A stretch of 64,000 nt of DNA, taken from positions 304,051-368,050 of the forward strand of contig MNCI01001543.1 in the NCBI GenBank assembly GCA_015680685.1, given 5' to 3'. The DNA comes from Gnetum montanum (lineage: Eukaryota; Plantae; Gnetophyta). Under the pieces are notes generated by a model that saw only the letters and a program-made list of their open reading frames with translations, made no database searches and was not told where the DNA came from. Below are positions 59,522 through 64,000 of the stretch, piece by piece; the first letter of the stretch is position 1; the number at the start of each line of letters is the position of its first letter. Both the position numbers and the translations under genes were made by a program.

Positions 59522-62500
59522 TCAAATGTAGTATGGCTTAAGATACAAGTGGTTCACAGGATTCGTGAACTCTTTGCCATCCATGTCTACCAGTTTGAAG
59601 GCTTCGTTCTCGTAGGCTTTTGTGACCATGAATGGACCTTCCCAATTTGTTAAGAACTTGTTCACATGTTCACGGACATCCTTGAGAATGAGGTCCCTCT
59701 TTTTTATTGGCCGTTGATGTGGGTTTGCATGATGCTTCTGCCATTGCCTACCTTGATATCACTTGATGTGGCCAAGTGTTTGTGCATGCTCCTCCTCTAT
59801 GGAGTCAAGGTCAATGATCCTTGACTTATTGTTCTGGGCTTCATTCATGATGTTTGACAAGATCATTTGAAGTGACAGTACCTATAGCTCAAGAGGTAAC
59901 AACACTTCAGATCTGTAAACAAGGCTATAAGGAGTTTTACCTATTGCCATTTTGCATGTCGTTCTGTAAGCCCATAGCGCATAGAGGATTTGCTCATGCC
60001 ATCGTGTCTTGCTATTACTAAGCATCTTCTTGAGCAAGTTGATGATGGCTTTGTTCGTAGCTTCTACTTGTCTGTTTTCCTGCATGTAGTATGGTGAGGA
60101 AAAGGATTACTTAATGCCAAGGTTTCTATAGAAGGTTTTGGTTTCTGCACTACTAAACTGTGGCCTGTTGCCTGTCACAATAGTCATGGGAAGCCCAAAC
60201 CTTGTCACTATGTTATCCAATATAAAGTGGAGAACCTGTTGAGATGTAGTATTCCTAAAGGGGATATCCTCTACCCACTTTGTATAGTACTTAGTGGCAG
60301 TGATGATGAAGCTATGCCCTATGGAAGACTTAGGTGTGATAGGTCCTATAATGTCTAGTCCCCATCATTGGAATGACCACGTGATCTATGTAGGGTGCAA
60401 CTCAGTAGGTGAAACGTGTATAAGATTTGCATATAGTTGGCACATGTCACAAGTCTTAACTTTGGCAAGGAAATCTTGTTCCATGTGAGGCCAGTAATAT
60501 CCTAGGCATCTAATTTTTGTTTCCATGGCCCTAGGGGCTATGTGTCCTACGCATAGTTCTTCATGGACCTCATTAATGATCTTTTGCACTTGTTCCTCAC
60601 TCACGCATGCTAGCAATATCCCATCAAAGGAGCGTTTGCATAAGGTGTTATCTACCATAAGAACATATTGCTGAGCACGCTTTCAGATAGCATCCCTTTG
60701 GGTAGATGTCAAACTACGTGGGGGTTCACCATGTTGCATATAGGCTTTAATGTTGGCATACCACTCTTGGGTATCAGCAATGCTTACAGAGGCAATGTAT
60801 ACCACTTGAGTGATAGGCTCTGTACACTCGGTTATTAAAGAGGGAAAAGTTGTGAATAGGTGTGGTGGCACATTTAATGGTAGCGTGGCCAAGGCATATG
60901 CTATGGTGTTCTCATTGCATGGCATGTGTTGGACATCTGTTATGGAAAAATATTTGAGAAAAATTTTGGCTAGGTCGTAATAGGGTTGCATATGAGTAGC
61001 TTTGCAAGCATAGACCTCAGTGATTTGATTGACAACGAGTTGTCAATCGCCTTGAATTGCCAGGTGTTGAATTTTCAGCTCTTGGGCTGCTAAGAGACCC
61101 CCAAGGAGTCCTTCGTACTTTGCCACATTGTTCATACAAAGGAACATGAAATGATAAGCAAACGGTGGAATGTCCCTAGAGGGGAATGTAGTGACGACAG
61201 CTACACTACCACCTCATGTAGTTAAGGTGCCATCGAAATGCAAAGTAGCCTCGAAATGTAATGGGACAGAGTTGATGATATTAATATGCTCATCAGGGAA
61301 TTCAGGTTCTATGCTTGCCTGATCATCAATAGGTGAGGTTATGAGTTGCGTAGCTATGGCTTGTCTTTTTGTCAACAATTGGGTTACATAATGTAAATCG
61401 AATTCTACGGTTATAGCCTTCCACCAGGGTATCCTGTTGCTTTCGTATAGATTGTTTGTGATAGCCCAGAGTACATTTCTTTTGCATATAATGTTAACCT
61501 TGCTACGGAGCAGATAATGCCTCTACTTTTTCAATGCAAATACTAGGGCAAGGAAATTTCTTTCCACCTCATTGTACTTCACCTTGTATGCTATCAATGC
61601 ATGAATCAGGTAATAAATTGGAATCTCAGAGCCGTCATCTCTTCTCTAACATAATAGTGCTAATAGATGCATCTAAGTTGACAAGGTAGATGTAGAAAGG
61701 CTTATCCCTCTGCAGTGGGTAAACAATTGGGAGGTGTAAATGCTCTTTCTTTAGGTCATCGAAGGCTTGCTGGCATTGTGTTGTCCATTCAAAGTTAATC
61801 CCTTTCTTTAGTAAGTGTTGCATGGGGTGTAACTTTTCAGTCAACCTTGCTATAAACCTTCTAATGAACTATATCCTACCTTGCAACCCATGTAATTCTT
61901 TAATGTTGGTAGGGGGTGTTAGATTAACAATGGCCTTAACTTTATTAGGGTCCACTCGTATTCCAGCCTCTGATACTACAAACCCTAGCATGCGTTCGAT
62001 TTTTCCCCTGAAGACACACTTCTTTGGATTGAGGAATAAGTCATGCATATGGCAGCGTTTGAGGACTACACCTAGATCATTGGGATGATCAACAGCCTCT
62101 TTATATTTGACTACTATGTCATCCACATAGTCATTTAGTGTTTCTAGGAGGTAGTCACTAAAGATGTATGTCATGGCTCTTTGGTAGGTTGCTCTGGCAT
62201 TTTTGAGTCCAAAGGGAATCATAGTGTAACAAAAGGTACCCCATGGAGGTCATCAAAGTGGTTGTTAACTGATGCTCTAGGGTGATACGAATTTGATTGT
62301 AGCTAGAGAAACCATCCATGAAGGATAGTAGAGTGTGACCAGCCGTAGTGTCGATAAGTTGATCAATACTCGACAGTGGGAAGTCATCTTTGATCGTTTC
62401 TTTGTTCAGATGCTGGAATTCTATATAGATTCATATTCCTCTCGTTTTCTTAGAAACTACAATGATGTTCGACACCCATTCTGAGTAATCAACTGCCCAG

Positions 62501-62991
62501 ATGAAACTAGCCTGATATAGCTTAGTGATTTCATTGTGTACGGCCAATGTGATCTCTAGTTTAATTTTGTGAGCCTTTTGTTTAACTGCCTTCATATGCA
62601 GATCTAAGATAATGTTATGTTGTATAAGCCTTAGATCTAAGCTTGGCATGTCTATATAGGACCACATGAATACCTTGATGTTTTCTTCAAGGATCTTGAA
62701 TACATCTTTATGCATTTGTGAATCTAGGAGGGAGCCTAGTTTTAATGTATTTATTTTCCCCTTGGATGTATTCACAGACGTTTCAATGAGAGGGTCCTTA
62801 GTTACATCCCTGGCCTCTAAATCTAAGGCTTGGATCAAATGTTCAGGCTAGTCAAGGGATGCTTCTAAGCATGCCACAGTGCCATCGATGGATGATTTCC
62901 AGTATATTGACTCTGGGTTTAATTGTCTTGTAAGCTTGCTATGTGGGCTTGTCAAAGCTAGAAGTGAAGATAGATCACGATGCATGGTCAT
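59522..62991 (-). pseudogene. pol: RT-RH-aRH-INT of element F, disrupted
   Basis: YVDD, PFGLKNARATY, GYYWPHM and LWAYRTT fragments. Confidence 0.95.
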
Positions 62992-63149
62992 TCTTGCTCA
63001 ACCTGCCACAATAAGATAAAAGTCAAGTCTAGTGAAACCTATTTGCAGCAACAACACATAGTAAACATTTGCAAAGCAACAATGAAATATGAAATGGTTG
63101 AAATAATTGTCAACTGTGATACAAAGTTCAGACCGCCCGGGTGTAGAGT

Positions 63150-63340
63150 TGTAGTTTAAAACTGCTAATTTAAGGTCTTTACGGACTGCTAACCTAATCA
63201 AATTTTGAGTCATAACTGTTAGTTTAAGGTCATTGCGGATCATTAACCGGTTAGGTTTGTAAGTCAAAACTATTAGTTTAAGCTCTTTGTGGATAGCTAA
63301 TGGGTTATTCTTGCAAAGGTAAGTTGTAAGTTTAAGGTGG
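63150..63340. repeat. Pre-RT motif array, element F
   Basis: About four units (g/t)(c/t)tagtttaaggtc at ~55 bp spacing. Confidence 0.75.
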
Positions 63341-63616
63341 GATGAAATTTTCGGTTGGGCCCACTTGCTACGATGCAAACAGTGATGTTACGCTATGGTG
63401 GGAGTGCTACACTGTACGGAGCATCCCACATTAATCGGGGTGTGAAAATGGCAAGTTCTTTTCACCGTGTTGGCTATAAATAGGGGTTTACCCCTGGTAA
63501 AATTTCCATTTTCATTATAAGAACGCAGAGCCCACATCCAAAGCGTAGAGCAGTTATACTGATAAAGAGCAAGGTGATTTAGTGTAGCGATTAACAAAGG
63601 ATTTGCAACTGAGACG

Positions 63617-63735
63617 ATGGTACCTAAAGGAGAATGTAAACATCAAGGGCTTGCCAAGGTGGACGAGGTGAAAGACACCCTGGGACGTCTATCATAGACA
63701 TGCGTCATAGTATGAGAGGAGACTCCGTTGGCCTA
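63617..63735 (+). pseudogene. Exon 1 of the antisense gene, element F copy
   Basis: MVPKGECKHQGLAKVDEVKDTLGRLS*TCVIV*EETPLA(W); 119 nt with a phase-2 GTAAGT donor; TATAAATA at 63475. Confidence 0.8.
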
Positions 63736-64000
63736 GTAAGTTTCTATGCTACCTATGTTTTCCAGGTTGTTGTTGTTTCTTTTTTTTCGTAATGAAATCC
63801 AAGTCTTCTATCACCATTTTGATTGCAATTTTGGCCATTACACCGTTGTTGTTGTCGATTTGGCCACGATGGGTGTATGGACTCTACGCTAAGGTTGCAT
63901 GTAGTATTTCCCAGACTACCATTGTTGTAACTACCTTGTTGTAGAGGTTTAGGTGATCCTGGCAACCTAGCCCACGAATAGCATAGCGTACGGCCCTCAG

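Larger units (their letters stand above)
55993..64000 (-). mobile_element. Element F: 3' LTR, 3' region, pol and start of the antisense gene; continues beyond the window
   Basis: LTR 55993-57813 with PPT, pol 59522-62991, motif arrays and exon 1. Confidence 0.9.

Noticed and set aside
2694-62851. Many short plus-strand ORFs overlapping gag/pol (e.g. 3020-3244, 12304-12603, 45019-45396, 61822-62088)
   Set aside because: They are antisense shadows of the conserved minus-strand coding frames, with no independent signals.
1661-64000. Six of seven Tat-like pieces lie on the minus strand
   Set aside because: Too few events, and nested rather than independent, to distinguish from chance.

Overview
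Plant (eukaryotic) heterochromatin-type DNA made almost entirely of nested, decayed LTR retrotransposons; no intact host gene is evident. Seven pieces (A-G) belong to one Ty3/Gypsy Tat/Ogre-type group. Shared hallmarks, read on the element strand, are LTRs of the form TGAAACACC...GTCGCTACA, a tRNA-Asn PBS, a Gag CxxHxxxGHxxxxC knuckle and the order PR-RT-RH-archaeal RH-INT. Around them lie an Athila-like LTR family (tRNA-Asp-type PBS), a Copia remnant, a receptor-kinase fragment and two CpG-rich islands. The main result is the architecture of the Tat-like family, best seen in element A (1661-16176, minus strand). Its gag-PR and RT-RH-INT are separated by about 5.8 kb that holds an antisense, TATA-preceded, 8-exon gene of about 1,100 codons (5074-9502, plus strand), and all seven splice junctions join in phase. 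By eye the product has an FCP1/SCP (NIF, HAD) phosphatase-like domain, a retroelement extra-ORF-like domain and a coiled coil. Its promoter, exon 1 and donor recur in elements C and F. RT is preceded in four copies by a conserved 3' splice acceptor plus ATG. Other notable structures are covarying hairpin arrays at three fixed positions, a conserved hairpin at the PPT/U3 boundary, and GCTAC/GTAGC palindromes spaced about 190 bp apart in the LTRs. All protein assignments are by-eye motif recognition, not database hits, and boundaries of degenerate pieces are approximate.
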